Shown: positions 25,346-41,858, numbered from the stretch's first letter. The stretch: DNA of 64,000 bases from Octopus vulgaris (GCA_951406725.2 OX597819.1:61504001-61568000), one strand, 5' to 3'. Notes: generated from the sequence alone by a model not told the origin. Translations and numbers: made by a program.

Positions 25346-25367
25346 GAAAAAGAAGCAAAGATAATAT

Positions 25368-25580
25368 TGATTCCAAATTTTGGCTCAGGGCCAGCAGTTT
25401 TGGGGGAAGGGAAAGTCGATTACATCGACCCCAGTGTTCAACTGGTACATATTTTATCGACCCCGGAAGGATTAGAGGAAAATTCGACCTCGGTGGAATT
25501 TGAACTCAGAACGTAAGACGAACGAAAAGCTGATAAACATTTTAATCGGCGTGCTAACGCTTCTGTTAGCTCAACGCCTA
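25368..25580 (-). mobile_element. SINE B
   Basis: Full unit; closely resembles 23590-23722. Confidence 0.8.
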
Positions 25581-26026
25581 TAGAGGCAAAGAGAGTATTC
25601 AAGCAAGTGAGAATGTTAGGCTGTACAAATCAAAGAAACAGTGCTAGGGAAATCGAGAGGGAAGCGAAGGTATGTAAGGAGAGATAAGAGGGAGAAAATA
25701 ATAAACAGAGAGAATGAGAGAGAGAGAGAGAGAGAGAAATAAAGAGAAAAAGGGAGAGACAGAGGAAATTGTGTAAATAGAAAAGGTGGAGAGAAAATCA
25801 AGATATGAAATTGCAAATAAAATGGAAAATGATAAAAAAAAAGGGAGGGAAAAGATCGAAAACGCACGTTTACACACTCACAAACACACACCTGTATATA
25901 TCTGTTTATATATATACATATATATTTATGTACACATATAAATATATATACACATATATAGATACATACATACATACATACATACATACGTACATATATA
26001 TATATATATATGTATGTATCTATCTA

Positions 26027-26082
<56 letters not shown>

Positions 26083-26451
26083 TACATATATATATATACA
26101 TACGTATATATATAGATCCATACATACATATATATATATATGTACAGAGAGAGAAAGATGAATACAGTTTCATTTCTTTCTGGAAGCAAGAACTGTTTCT
26201 CTGACTACCATCTTGTTTAAGCGTCGGTGCCATTCTGATTCTATTCCTGGTTAAATCTGTTCATCGTTCTGTCTGACCAAAAGTAAACATTGGTAACGAG
26301 GAACATGTGCTTGTCTCAGATAGAAAACAGAGTTCGTAGACGAATCACGTATATTGTCCGTATTTGGCTAAAGGCCACTCAAGAAACGCATGTATATATA
26401 TACATACATACACACACATACACACATATATATATATACATGTATGTATAT

Positions 26452-26503
<52 letters not shown>

Positions 26504-26712
26504 GTATATATGTATATACATACACACACATACGTAATAGAGTATTAGCTTGCTTGTGTGCCTCTGTGAGTATGTGTGTGTGTATGAGTGGGCGTATTTG
26601 TGTGTATGAATGTGTGTGTGTATGTATAAGCGTGCGTGTGTGTGTGTGTGTGTATGTATGTGTGTATGAGTGTACGAGTGTGTGTGTATGAACATGTAGA
26701 TGTGTTGCGCAA

Positions 26713-27002
26713 TGAAGGTGCGTGGCTTAGTGTTTAGGGTATTCGACCCACGATCGTAAGGTTGTGAGTTCGATACCCGGCGTCGTGTTATATCCTTGAG
26801 CACATTTTGATTCACGTTGCTCCAGTCCATTCAGCTGGAGAAAATGCTTAGTACCTGTAATACAAAGGGACCAGCTTTGTTACATTCTGTGTTACACTGA
26901 ATCTCCCTGAGAACTACGTTAAGGGTACACGTGTCTGTGGAGTGCTCAGCCAGTTGCACATTAATTTCACGAGCCGGCTGTTCCCATTGATCGGATCAAT
27001 TG
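26713..27002 (+). mobile_element. SINE C
   Basis: tRNA-like head gaaggtgcgtggcttagtgtttaggg...gagttcgatacccg, then ctgaatctccctgagaactacgttaagggtacacgtgtctgtggagtgctcagcc. Confidence 0.85.
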
Positions 27003-27439
27003 CAGGGATGCAGGATATTGGGGGCGAGGGGGCAGTTGCTCAACAGTTTCGAAAAAATACTATATAAGGTGTGAATCGCAATTCGTAACAAATGGACCCA
27101 CTTTTTTGTATTCGAACTTGGTTTTTAGCAGACCATATGCACATCCGTGCCTGCACCTTTTTTTAAAATCTAGATATTAACACCGTTGTCTTTTTCCAGG
27201 GAGATATGTGAATAGTATTTCTTCAAGAATACAACTCAGTATTAAATTCAAGTACAAAATGCCGACATATTTGACCAGCGTTAAAGTGAAACATATCTCG
27301 ATAATTGGCCATGACTGACGAGAATATTCTAGACGATCAAAAGACCCACTTTCTGTGAATTTTTGGCTTTTATGTGTTTCATGCTGTCTTCAACTATAGC
27401 TAGAGATACGGTCATAGTTATCTCTAAATAATATTTATA

Positions 27440-27822
27440 TAAACGCAGGAGTGACTGTGTGTTAAGTTTGCTTCCGAACCACATGGTTCCATGTTCAGTC
27501 CCACGGCGTGACACCTTGGGCATGTGTCTTCTATTATAGCCCCAGGTTGACCAAAGATTTTAAAGTGGATTTAGTAGACGGAATCTGAAAGAAGCTTGTC
27601 ATGTGTGTGTGTGTGTGTGTGTGTATTTCCCCCGCACCACCGCTTGGCATTCGGTGTTAGTGTGTTTACGCCCCTGTAATTTAGCAGTTCGGCAAAAGAC
27701 CCGATAGAATAAGCACCAGGCTTAAAATAAGTACCAGGTTCGATTCGTTCAACCAAAATTCTTCAAGGCGGTGCTTCAGCATGGCCGCAATCTAATGACT
27801 GAAACAAGCAGAAGATAAACGA
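27440..27822 (+). mobile_element. SINE A
   Basis: Full unit with diagnostic head and tail. Confidence 0.8.
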
Positions 27823-28614
27823 TACAATTTGATTTCATAGTCTTGGTGTTGAACTGATAGAGTTTTAAGAATGTCGGATGGGATGTCTTGCGGTATTTGA
27901 TCCGGAACTATGAGCTCGTGTCTCTCCAAGGTCAGTTTTGTTATTTATCCTTTCGAGAACGATAACTAACACATCATTCAGGTATCGATTCTTCTTCTCT
28001 TTCCTCTGCTTTATTTCCCTGAATTGGCCACGTTGTGCTGTGTGAAGGATCTTGAGGGCCCCCGTCACAACGACCTTTACTCTATATGCCGAAATGTGTT
28101 GAGCAAAGAGCTACTAACTTCTCATAAAAGAAGATCCATGTGTTACATAAACGAGTCAAGGATGACCCAGTGTACAGTTCATCGCAAAACGGAAATTAAG
28201 AAGAAAATATCGTGTTATTAAATTGTTATCTTTCCTTTTTATACAAAATCTCTTGTAAAAAAATATTTATATACTGAAAAACAAGACATACAATAACTGT
28301 ATGAGTTGCGTTTTAGTTACGCCATAATCAGTCAATAAGATCTTGAAGTTGCAGGAATCGTGTCCTTCTTCTCATCGCCTTAATTTTTTACATGGGAAAA
28401 CTGAAATGTGTTTAAATGTTTATATATTCTGAGTTTAAATATATTCTAAGCAGATTTTAAAGGTTTTACAGATATTACTGGTAGTATGCGACGTGGTTAT
28501 GTATTATGCAGTTGTGGGAAAAAGCAAATAATCTTGAGTGCCCACTCTGCCAGTGAGGACAGACAATGGGATAAAAACAACCTCCATACCGTTTGAAGGC
28601 AATATTTTCGTAAT

Positions 28615-28995
28615 TTTTAGCACTTTGGGCGAAATGCTTAGCGGTATTTCGTCTGACGCTACGTTCTGAGTTCAAATTCCGCCGAGGTCGACTTTGCTTT
28701 TCATCCTTTCGAGGTCGATAAATTAAGTACCAGTTACGCACTGGGGTCGATATAATCGACTTAATCCATCTGTTTGTCTTTGTTTGTCCTCTCTGTGTTT
28801 AGCCCCTTGTGGGTAGTAAAGAAATATGTATTTCGTCTGTCGCTACGTTCTGAGTTCAAATTCCGCCGAGGTCGACTTTACATGTCATCCTTTCGAGGTC
28901 GATAAATTAAGTACCAGTTACGTACTGGGATCGATCTAATCGACTGGCCCCCTCCCCCAAAACTTCGGGCCTTGTGCCTAGAGTAGAAAAGAATA
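28615..28995 (+). mobile_element. Composite dimeric SINE B
   Basis: A unit with tail 2 (...agccccttgtgggtagtaaagaaatat) joined at gtatttcgtctg to a unit with tail 1 (...ggccttgtgcctagagtagaaaagaat). Confidence 0.85.
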
Positions 28996-29777
28996 TTTTT
29001 GTAGTTTAAAATTAATGGAAGTAACTCTGAGTGAGTCATTGAGATAGTGTTGGTGTCTCGCTGCTTCCATGACAATCAACGTTTTTTTTTTCTTTAAGTA
29101 TAAGTTTGAAAGTTGAGTTAACGGAGAAGAGTTACAACAAGATGAAATCTCCCAGTGGTTTAAATACACAAATTTCCAATATCCAAGTAGCTAAAAAGTG
29201 TAAGCAGAAGGGCATCCAAGAGTCCATGACCTGAATGCGGCCCGGCTTCCTCAGAGTGTAGGAAGTTAAGGGCCGTAACATTTGCCTGAGGGGTGTTTCT
29301 TCTCTGCAGTATCTGCTGTTTAGCTCTGTTGAGCGTTTCTTATCAATGTGACTTCTAAAGATATTCTACATTTCCCTGAGGATGCTATCAGTCTCCATGG
29401 CAACTTGACTTTTCACACATATGAATCATATCCTTACGTCATAGGCGCTTCGTGCAAGACCTGTTCTCCGTGAACAGACACCTGAAAAGCATCCTACAAT
29501 AAGGACATAAGGAGACATGAAAGCGAAGTCCGATTCAATAGCACCAAGTCTTAATCATAGCCATTACATGTATCAACGCAGCAGAATTAACCACACTACG
29601 CCTGCAGCAGATAAACGGTACACAGAGTCCTCAAATTCGTTGATAATTATGACGGATTCTTAAACAGGGACACCTACAAATATGTGTGTTTGTGTGCAGG
29701 CGCATTTATGTGTGCCTGTGTGCGCGCGCGTATATGTGCATGTGTGTGTTTATTAAAATTCTACAAGCAAAAGATTG

Positions 29778-29820
29778 GCAATGACTTCGAAGTTTCGACT
29801 TGATGCCTTCGTCAGACAGT
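29778..29820 (-). ncRNA. Minimal hammerhead ribozyme motif
   Basis: Minus strand: actgt-CTGACGA-a ggc atcaa gtc-GAAA-cttcgaag-TC-attg. Canonical core, palindromic stem III (acttcgaagt) and GUC site; stem I is weak. Confidence 0.55.
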
Positions 29821-30349
29821 CAGTCCGATGGAGTCGAGCAAGCCGTTTATTAATAAACATGCACTATTATTTAAGGGTAGGTCGTTTTTATATAATAACT
29901 TGACATAATAACGAGACATAAATACACATATATACACCCCCATACACATACACTCACACACAACCACCCACACACATATACACACACAAGGTACATACTG
30001 ATCGAACCTAGCTCAGAATTAGGCTAAATGTTACATGTACTAATCTTTTGTGAAACGATTCAATTATTATATCCACACTTCGTTATTATTGCAACCGCAC
30101 TCTCCATCAAAGGGAGCCCCCTTAAACAGTGGATGGGAGAACAAGCCATTTATCTCAATGAATGAAGATAATCTAATTTTTTTTTCCTGTTAGAGTTTAT
30201 ACGTTTCCGACGATGTGAATAAATGTTAGAAATTTTCGGAGCTGATTTAGTTATTTCGGGTTTTTTTATGAAGATGATTTGCATCAGTCAACATCAATGG
30301 TTGAGATAAGGGATGGGATGTTAGGAATCCACTTCTGTTAATAGTAATA

Positions 30350-30429
<80 letters not shown>

Positions 30430-30784
30430 ACACACAAACATAGATGTTTAAACTCATAACTATACGTAGTTCGTTGCAAAATCTTATGCATATTCAACAC
30501 CTGACATCATTGGTACATAGAGTGTATTCATTATTACACGGAGTACACACGTGGATACAGACGCAAGCACGTAAGCTCGCACTTACGCACGCACGTACGC
30601 ACGCACTTACGCACTTACGCACGCACATACAGATAGAGAGAGAGGGGGGGGGGGGGGAGAAAGAGAGAGAAAAAGAGACAGAGAGAGTTGTTTATACGCT
30701 AAGGTATAAGTATAGGCAAACTTTTACATAATCAGATTACACACAAAGATAATGCAAATAGAATTCAAATTAACTATATACTGC

Positions 30785-31500
<716 letters not shown>

Positions 31501-32003
31501 CATGCAATGCATACTCTCTACACTCGTAAATTCACTAAGCAATTACTTCACGCCTTTGCTCTCTCACACGCGCGCGTGTATGTGTGTATGACCGTTTGCG
31601 TAAGTGTATGTGTGTGTGCGTGTGTATCAACAATATCATGAAGTTTGATGCGCTAAATTGAGAAAATGCCAAAACGAAAGTAAAGGAAAACATTCCAGTA
31701 TAGTAATAGTAGCATCGCATCATAACATTATTCGGTGATGGAGAAATTTTTCTGAAAAGCATCTTTTAAAATTTTATTCATTTCGCTTATCGTGTAAAGA
31801 CGTTTGCCAGTTTTGGCGGTAAGCTCCTCGTGGTGTGTCTACGGAACTTGCTACGGTTATCATGTTGTGTGCTACTATATTGATTTATTCCAGTTCTACG
31901 TATGTAAATTATAAGTAACGGCTCGCTGATCCAATACAGCTTTCGTTAGAATTTCATTGCTGCCATCAAGCCATATACATACATACATACATACATACAT
32001 ACA

Positions 32004-32035
<32 letters not shown>

Positions 32036-32634
32036 ATACTCTAATGTTGTCATCTGTGTGTCCGTTTATTTACAGCGTTGACGCTGTGCAAAATTCTTCT
32101 TATGCACCAACGATTTCTGTGCCTATATTGGCCATTCCAGCATAAGCATTTGGCTTTCTTCAAGAGCCCACCTACGGATTTCAGGTATCCTTGTCATGAA
32201 ATGATTCCTGGTCACTATCTCTGTCTCTGATTCTGACTCTCTCCCCATCTCTCTCTATTTAAGTTCCCCTTCTCTGTTTTTTTTTTTTTTTGCCTCTCCA
32301 CCACAATAAAGATATCTAGCGACAAAAATGTCACAAACATCTGCAATATTTTCTGATATGAAAATTTAAATTCGATCAGTTCTGTTGATGGGGATGTACT
32401 ATTTTCATCAAGATCATAAAGTTATTTCGAGCCCTGTTTTATGTATCACTCCGCATATCAAGTAATATACTTAAGAAGGTCACCAAATAAATGTACTAAC
32501 TATAAATATGCAATGTGTTTTCCTAGAAATATTTGATGTTTTCATCCATTTCGTCTGATTAATTGTGTAATTGTGTAATTAAAATAAACAGTTTAAGCCA
32601 AATGTAACAATTAAGTTTCTCTCTTTTTCTTTCA

Positions 32635-32786
<152 letters not shown>

Positions 32787-32795
32787 ATATGTATG

Positions 32796-32829
<34 letters not shown>

Positions 32830-33021
32830 TGTATGTACGTATGTATTGTGTACCGAATAAATGGCAGAAAGAAAATTATCAATTGGTTGATGAGAAGGCG
32901 GCTATTCTTGGGTCGGTAGTTACCAAGTATAACGATGATATACTGCAAACGAATAAGAGGTAGAAGAAATATCATTACACACACACGAACATGTATATAT
33001 ATATATATATATATATATACA

Positions 33022-33603
33022 AAGTGACGAACTGACAGATTCGCTACCAGGCTGGGGGTAAATCCAAAGAGTCATTTCGTTCGTCCTTACGTTCTGAGTT
33101 CAAATCTCGCCGAGATCGACTTTGCCTTTCATCATTTCGTAGTAGATAAAATAAGTACCAGTTCAGCGCTGGGGACAATGAAATCTACCAGCTCACCGTC
33201 CCCAAATTTCAGGCCAACCACCTATATATTATAGGCGCAAGAGTGGCTGTGTGGTAAGTAGCTTGGTTTCGGGTTCAGTCCCACTGCGTGGCACCTTGGC
33301 CAAGTGTCTTCTACTATGTCATCGGATGTGGTAGACGGAAACTGAAAGAAGCCTGTCGTGTATATATATATATATATATATACGACGGGCTTCTTGTATA
33401 TGTATATGTCTGTGTTTGTCCCCGCACAATTGCTTGGCAACTGAAGTTGGTGCGTTTATGTCCCCGTAACTTAGCAGTTCAGCAAAAGAGTTTCGATAGA
33501 ATAAGTGCTAGGCTTACAAAGAATAAGTCCTGGGGTCGATCTGTTCGACTAAAGGCGGTGCTTCAGCATGGCTGCAGTCAAATGACTGAAGCAAATAAAA
33601 GAA
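33022..33603 (+). mobile_element. SINE B (33022-33215) followed by SINE A (33232-33603)
   Basis: Family-diagnostic motifs of both families are present. Confidence 0.8.
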
Positions 33604-33623
33604 TATATATATATAAATATACA

Positions 33624-33659
<36 letters not shown>

Positions 33660-33879
33660 TTTCTCAAAAATAGCGTTCGTAATACTTTATCTCGTTCGGC
33701 TTAACAGCCCTTCTCGTCTTGTTATTCTCCTTGTCCTATCTTTTACTGTTTATATTTTGTACTGTCGTTATTGTCCTGTTTTTGTTACAATTTTTACCCC
33801 GCCGCAAAAAGATCTCAAATTTTATTTAATTTGCTTTTCGCGGGAAGGAAAGTTTCTATCAAAGATGCGTATCGCCTTC

Positions 33880-34125
33880 ACCTTCGAAACAGAGCAGATG
33901 AAACCATGGTGACTGAAGAAGGGGAATTTTCCTTGTATTATTTGTCCTGTACTCTATTTTTTCGTTGTTTAAGAAAACTGTCCAGTTCCTTGGTTTTGTG
34001 CTTATGTTTTCGTTTCTCATTGTGTTCGACGTTTTTTTTGGTGTCCTGTACCCATATATGCGTTTATATATACATGTAGAGGTAGATACGTACATATATG
34101 TATGTATATATGCATATGTTTTATT

Positions 34126-34130
<5 letters not shown>
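33880..34130 (+). mobile_element. Unclassified short interspersed element (family E), abutting (TA)n
   Basis: Near-identical inverted copy at 47935-48183; more diverged relatives at 18280-18440 and 23905-24090. Confidence 0.75.
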
Positions 34131-34186
<56 letters not shown>

Positions 34187-34189
34187 TAC

Positions 34190-34854
34190 ATAAATGTGTA
34201 ATGGTGTCTGCCCCTGTGTTTGTTCGGGGTTATCCTAACACCTCCCAAACCGTCCGATTTTTAGCACATACGTAGATCACATGCCCTGAAGTTCAAATAA
34301 GGCCGTAATTTTTCGAAAACTCGTTAATGCTCAGTTGGTATCGATTTTTATGAGCTCAATCCGGTGTCTGAATGGAAATTCCCATAACGATGTTATTTTT
34401 CCTGCAGCTTTTGCATTTTTTCACGTGTAAAATTTCAACAAAATCGATAGAATACTCTCTAAGGAAATGCTTATTTACATTTGTGTCCTCTTCAAGCCCA
34501 CTTGAATTAGATAAACACCTTATGCATCAACACCACCACAGACGTGATCTACGTTTCAAATTTCATCTAAATAGCTGTCACGGAGAACGTAGATTTCAAT
34601 ACAAGGTCAGAGCTATTCATTCATTCCACTCTTCGTTCTTTCTTCCCCCCGTCACAATTCTTTGCCTTTCTTACTCACTTTTCACTTCACTATATCCCTG
34701 TCTCTTTTTTTCTCGCAACTCCTTAATTCTTCTGTCCATCTGCTGCTACAACACTCTTTGTCTCTCTTTCTCTCTCCCATTCCCCCCTTTAATTCTTTTA
34801 TTCCTCTTTTCCTCTCTCCTCCCTTCTCACGTGACCGAGAGGCCAGACTGCTAG
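34190..34854 (+). mobile_element. Candidate non-autonomous Helitron
   Basis: Emerges from (TA)n with a Helitron-like 5' region (gtgtctg...aaaccgtccgatttt). Its first ~185 bp recur at 35510-35708. Ends with a hairpin (ttctcacgtgaccgagag) and actgCTAG. Confidence 0.45.
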
Positions 34855-35044
34855 CTATCTTTTTGCGTTTGACTGTGGTCACTGCTACATCGATATTCTT
34901 CCCTGTGTTCGTGAATGTTTTGTATCGCTGCCGTAAGGCTTCATTTCCACACACGCCAGCTGAATTCAATTCGTCCCCAGTCGAAAGACACCTGTTGTTA
35001 TGTCCTGTTATTATTATTATTTTTATGATCATCATCATCATTAC

Positions 35045-35165
<121 letters not shown>

Positions 35166-35470
35166 GTTGTATTTTTGTATTTATATTCGTGTAACATCGT
35201 CTGTTTTTCCGTCCTTGTTTTCGTATACATTCGATGCTTTTTTTCCAAGGAATCTAATGCTCTTAGCTTTTTTTTTCCTTGGGGCTGGCTAGATTGGAGC
35301 AATCTCAAGATTAATCAGCTGAAATTGCGAGGATGATCCGGCTCTTGACTGAGGATAAAGCGCTTCGAATGACCTGTCAATTTTTTTTGTATCATCTATC
35401 TGGATGATTTGTTGTCCCTTTTTGTATTACCTAGTTGTCCGGATGTTTTGCGTTCTTGCCCCAATTTGTA

Positions 35471-35513
<43 letters not shown>

Positions 35514-35705
35514 AATATGTAATGGTGTCTGTCTCTGTGTTTGTTCGGGGTTATCCTAACACCTCCCAAACCGTTCGATCGATTTTAATGATTTTTAGCA
35601 CATACGTAGATCACATGCCCTGAAGTTCAAATAAGGCCGTAATTTTTCGAAAACTCGTTAATGCTCAGTTGGTATCGATTTTTGTGAGCTCAATCCGGTG
35701 TCTGA

Positions 35706-35754
<49 letters not shown>

Positions 35755-36895
35755 CACATGTATACGACAGGTTTCCACACGGTCTCTATCAAGCAAATTC
35801 CCTTATGACCCGGAGCTATAATTCAAGACACGTACGTGCGTATGTATGTATTATGCATGTACGTATGTATGTTTCCAACAAAGATACAAGGCTCCATCTT
35901 TGGGATGTAGTTAACACGGACAAATTCACATTTGGAACTTGAGAATAGTCTTGCATATTTTCACTGTTCCATTCACAGATTGCACTTGTAATGTGTGTAT
36001 GTATGCAGGCATGCATGTATGTATGTATGCATGCATGTATGTATGTATGTATGTATGTATGTATGTATGTATGTATTGCATGCATGGCTATGTTGAATGT
36101 ATATTGTAGCACTGCTCAACCAGAACGACACGAAACTAAATTAGACCACCACCAAGGTGGCGGCGGCGGCGGCGGCGGCGACAGCGACGAACCAGCTCTT
36201 CTGGCAATGTTTCTCACTGTAGACTGACATCTTATCAAAATGAAGGTTCATCTATCAATTACCAACAACAGTGAAAGATCTAGCCTTAAACACCGACTTT
36301 TATGAACACTTTACATTTACTGCAACTATTATTTACATTGGAACAATATAATGTTGTATAACAATTCAGAAAACAACAGCATAGCATAGCATAGCATGGC
36401 ATAACAAATCAGGTTTATATAATAAACTGAAAATGAGCCTTAATGATCAACGATGTGTAACTGATTAATAAATAGCGGTAGACGATAAAAAAACCCAGCC
36501 GAAATAAATGAGTTCATATCTGCAGTGAATCTGGTGTTGTTTGATATTTGCTAATCATACAGGAATAACATAAATAAAAGAAAGAAAGAAAGAAAGAATG
36601 ATAGTAGGGAAGAAAGAAACGAAGATATATTTTGAAATGTTGATTAAAATAGAAATAATGTATTATCCTTCCTTTGATCTAGTCACGGTAAACTATTTGT
36701 TGACCAAGCTTCCTGAGATACACACACACACACATGTATACATATATATATAGATAGATAGATATATATACTTATATAAATATGTGCATACGTATTTATA
36801 TGTATATATATATATATATATATGTATAGATGCATTTAAATATATATATATGTATATATAGATACATACACACATATATATATATATATACATAC

Positions 36896-36957
<62 letters not shown>

Positions 36958-39486
36958 TTAAATTGCAGTATATACTGGTAGAACAGTCTCGGTATGTATG
37001 CAGTAGTCTTTGGCAACAGATTCTTGTTCCTTTGAAATTCAGTACATAAGATACATGTAAGTGTCACACATCGCATAGCTACTAATCTGGAATTGTGTTT
37101 TTTTCCTATACAGCCTGTTAGAAAGAGAGAGAGAGAAGGACATGAATACATATATACATGCGTGCATATATACACAAACACACACATATAGATGAGTAGA
37201 TAGATAGATAGATAGATAGGTTGGTAGGTAGGTAGGTAGGTAGGTATCGCTATCTATACAGATAGATTGATAAATAGATAGATAGAGAGAGAGTGAGTGA
37301 AAGAGAGAAAGAGAGACTTTTGAGATCAAATTCTGCTGAGGTCAATTTTACCTTTTATTCCTATAAGGTCGATGAATTAAAATATTAGTCATGTACTGGA
37401 TACTATTTAATTGATAAATTCTTCCTGTTCAAATTGCTGGACTTACAGTATATCTAAGTTTTAAATCATTGTATATATTTAAGTATTGATTCCTAAATGA
37501 TGGAAGTTGAACCTGACAACTAAAATACTGAATTAAAAACACTGAGCTTCTAACAACTGTCTAATCATAGACTCATTCACCACAACAATGCTTAACCCTC
37601 TTGGTCGTTGGAGTAGGGTCGAAAACCGAAATGGCTTCCCATTAACTTAAGCCCGGCACGTTGGACGATTTTATCGACTCAAAGGAAAAGCTAATCAACT
37701 TGGTTGTAATTAGCTTTGATGGAGTGGGGTCGTATAACTTCCCGTTGAGTGCAGTAATTAATTGTACTACATGATTAACAGGAGCCTCATCAAATTTACA
37801 GTATGGGGTTCAAATCCTACCGGGGGCAAGTCAAGCAACAACAACAACAATATTGTAAGATAGAAATCAAAACGTAGAAAGTAAAAGTGTCAGAAAAACA
37901 AAGCAAAAAACGAAAACCTGGAGTTGTTTAGTTGACAGACGTAGTGAATAGCGATGAATCATATCGGAAACAAACGATATCTCCATATCTGTGACACACG
38001 ACAAAGAATTTAGGTAAGTTACAATGCTTTTATTCTTGAAATGTCCTTCATCAAGAAATCTTGGTTCTATTGTCTAAAAAGTAAATATTTTTGTTATGCG
38101 TTTTTGACGAGAATAAGGAAGTAGTTGACATTAGCGAAATTTTAATTGACGTCACTCGTATGATTATCTGTATTCAGTTCTGTACATAAAAGGCTATTTA
38201 TATGCAATTGCATTTAGCATTAAAACGCATGCATATAACGGTCTGTACATGCCTATGTATGTTTGTATGCGGGATATATTTAGAAATTTAGATATGCCCT
38301 ACTTTTTCAAAGAGACTGAGAAGTCTGACGATGCTTTTTGTTAAACAAAATTCAAGGACATCTATGAAAAGGACTACGCATATTCTTCACCAACCATCGG
38401 CAGCTGATTATAACCGAAGTAGAACAGCCTAAAGCAAATTCACTCATCTAACAAATGATTTTTTTTAGATAAGCGCAAGATGTCAGATTCATAGGGAAAG
38501 GGGATATGAAATCATAGGAGGTTGATACCGCTCTCAAAAGTACTAACGTTATAAGTTGGAATCAAAATCGGGGCGCAGCCTCGTTTTGACAAGAGCTTAC
38601 TTCTACACCCGATGCCCATTATATTCGACATAAAGATGATTGACAACATAAGCACCTACTTACAGGCTGATTATTATATTAGAAATAACCCCGTAAAAAA
38701 CAAATGAAATAGGGATACATCTCTGGTAGCAATAACAAACACTGAGAAAATAGACACTTATCGCATATTGAAAAAAAAAACATTGTAAAATTATGATAGC
38801 AACAGACATTATTACAGATAGTATAATATATAGTATAGTAGAAGCAACCGCCGTCACTCGTGTCGATTGGTAACATGCATCATGTTTTTACAAATTATTT
38901 TAGGTGCCTGTATAGTCGCCAATAAACATAAATGCATTCTCGGATTTCTTCACTTATGAACCAGAATAAGATAAAAATGAAACAGCGAGAGGGAGAGCGA
39001 GAGCGCTGCAGCAACACCCGGATGATATTCGGTACAGCTGGTCAACCGGAGTAACGTGAAATGAATTGCCTTGTCCAAGAACACAGCACCCGATCCAGAA
39101 ATTGAACCTACAAGCTTAGGATCATGAGACAGACATCTTAACTATTAGATCATACATTTTCACCACAAAAAATACTACGCAGATAATTGCAGTGAACGCA
39201 ACAACCGTAACATCATGAATGGCAGTATAACTATTAACCTTCTAAAGCCGTGAGTTTGCTTTAGCAGGCGACATTTCTTTTGACTATGCCCATGGAAGGT
39301 GTAAAAGCAGACGGTTACATGGTTTTTTGGTTTCTCCTCACCCCGAGCGGATAAATCTTTCGCCTTTTACTAAAGATGAAAAATAACGATGCTTTGGTCA
39401 ATTGTCGAGCCGTAATCACGAAATCATGTGACCGTCCACTTTTGTGTTTCCAAAAGTATAATCAAACGAAATCACGTTCGTTAAAA

Positions 39487-39781
39487 CAGTGGTACTCAAC
39501 CGGAGTTCATAAGACCTCCTGAGGATCCATATAATATTTTACGGGGTCCACGCTATAAAATAGTAAATTGTCCACAATTCTAAGGGCCTCTAAAAAAGTT
39601 TTGTTTCAGATAATTTGCAAGAAACAGGAAGGTTTCTTCCTCGAACATTTTACCTTGTTCAAACTACACGAGTTAATATGTGCAAAACAAAATAGGAATT
39701 AAAAAAAGAACTAGTTTTAAACATCGAAATAGTAAGCAAAGGGCACCGTAGGTAAAAAAAAAAAAAGGTTGAGAACCGCAG
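39487..39781. mobile_element. hAT (Charlie-like) MITE, old
   Basis: Imperfect TIRs cagtggtactcaacc / ggttgagaaccgcag; no clear TSD. Confidence 0.6.
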
Positions 39782-40206
39782 TGCTAAGGATACTGTCGGT
39801 TTGAAAGAGATACACGTCTGCTATGATAATTTCTACATGTAAAGCATAATCAGTGTTCTCAATAATTAACCAGTTGCGAATCATAGTTAAAGCTAAAACA
39901 TCACAAAATGCCATATGAACTGCGATATTTGTATGGAGATAATAATCTCTTATAGGTTACTGTGTTTAATAAAATATATATATACTAGTAGCAGACGAAA
40001 ATCGTCCAGTGATGTTTCAGTCACTATTTTCCTATATCAGTGACGACGGATTTTGTCTTAACATGCAGCTGCCAGTGAGTAAATGCTACTGACAAAGTGC
40101 AATGACACAGAAATGCGCATCTAGCATTCAAACACCCGTTGCTGGACGATATCCGTTTGCTACTGAAATAGTTTTGTGTTCTTAAACACAGTAAGTCCAT
40201 AAGAGA

Positions 40207-40422
40207 TATTCTTTTCTACTTTAGGCACAAGGCCCAAAATTTTGGGGAGGGGGCCAGTCGATTAGATTGACCCAGTATGCAACTGGTACTTAATTTATCG
40301 ACCCCGAAAGGATGAAAGGCAAAGTCGACCTCGGCGGAACTTGAACTTAGAACGTAAAGACAGACGAAATACTGCTAAGTATTTCGTCCGGTGTACTAAC
40401 GTTTCTGCCAGCTCGCCACCTT
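40207..40422 (-). mobile_element. SINE B, full length (tail 1)
   Basis: Complete unit, flanked by an apparent direct repeat agtccataagagatatt (40195-40210 and about 40423-40439). Confidence 0.9.
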
Positions 40423-41149
40423 AGTCCATAAGAGATATTATCTCCGGACGTATACAGCAATTAATTTGCCTTTTCGTGATGTATTTGCATTAAGATGTCT
40501 ATTTTGATCTAATACCAGTTCTGTTACAAATAACGGATTTTGTCAATAATCGCTTTGAATTATGTTATATATCCAAATAAATCTGTTTGTTTGGACTTTC
40601 ATTTGAAGCAGATCACTAACTATGCTTCTAGATTTTAATGAGTGATTTTCCTTGGAAAATAATCATATCTCAATGAGTGTATCATAAAATAAAAAAGGCT
40701 TTCATTTTACTTTGGTTTGTTTAAGCTTCTCTAAAACACTCCCAACACTAAACCAATAAAACGGTTGAACAAGTAAGCAGGATGCTGGCCTTATGATCAT
40801 AACGATCTTAGAATGAGTTCTTAATCGGGTGACGCGTTGTGTCCTTGTACAACGCAATTCATTTCGCGTTGCTCTAGGAGTTCAGCCCGAGCACTGGTGC
40901 AGCTCTCTCTCTCCCTCCCCCACTCTCTCCCATCTCTTCCCCTCTCTCTCTACTCTTTCGCTCTCTCGAGCTGTCATACACTGGATGCACTACCGAGTCA
41001 AAAAGTCGGAAACTCAAGAGGCTATCTGTGTTAGCTCGTGACTACGAAATCGTAATACACACTACCAAGCCTATTCGTTCCTTGGTGACCATGCACGCAC
41101 ACATGTACACTCACATGCACACACACACACACACACACACATATTCACC

Positions 41150-41495
<346 letters not shown>

Positions 41496-41622
41496 TTAAT
41501 AAGGGTGAGAGAATTAGATACTAATTTAATAGTATGTCCATTCAACACCAAGTGGCCCAGTGCCTCGAGAAACCTGGATTATTATAATATTTTATAATAT
41601 ATTATAGTATTATTTTATACAA

Positions 41623-41858
41623 AAACAAATATAAGAGAATGGTCACTATGTGGCTCATTCTAGCACTAGAAAATCCAAAAGGTTTCAACCACAAAAATAC
41701 ATGTTTCACATGAAAGTCAGTACGATTGTTAGCTCACACGAACAGGGCAAATAAAAAATAACAAAAATACTTCATGTGAAACATGTATTTTTGTAGTTGA
41801 AACCTTTTGGATTTTCTAGTGCTAGAATGAGCCACATAGTGACCATTCTCTTATATTT

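Noticed and set aside
33898-33935. GAAA-ccatgg...CTGAAGA-agggg..cctt as a permuted hammerhead (also 48130-48167)
   Set aside because: There is no room for stem I, no NUH triplet, and no GAAA after the hairpin.
35345-35382. CTGAGGA...GAAT...GTC and 23261-23295 CTGAAGA...GAAA as further hammerheads
   Set aside because: The stems are too weak or the core too altered to distinguish from chance.
38006-38020. Strong splice donor AG|GTAAGT
   Set aside because: No supportable open exon or partner sites; such motifs are expected by chance.
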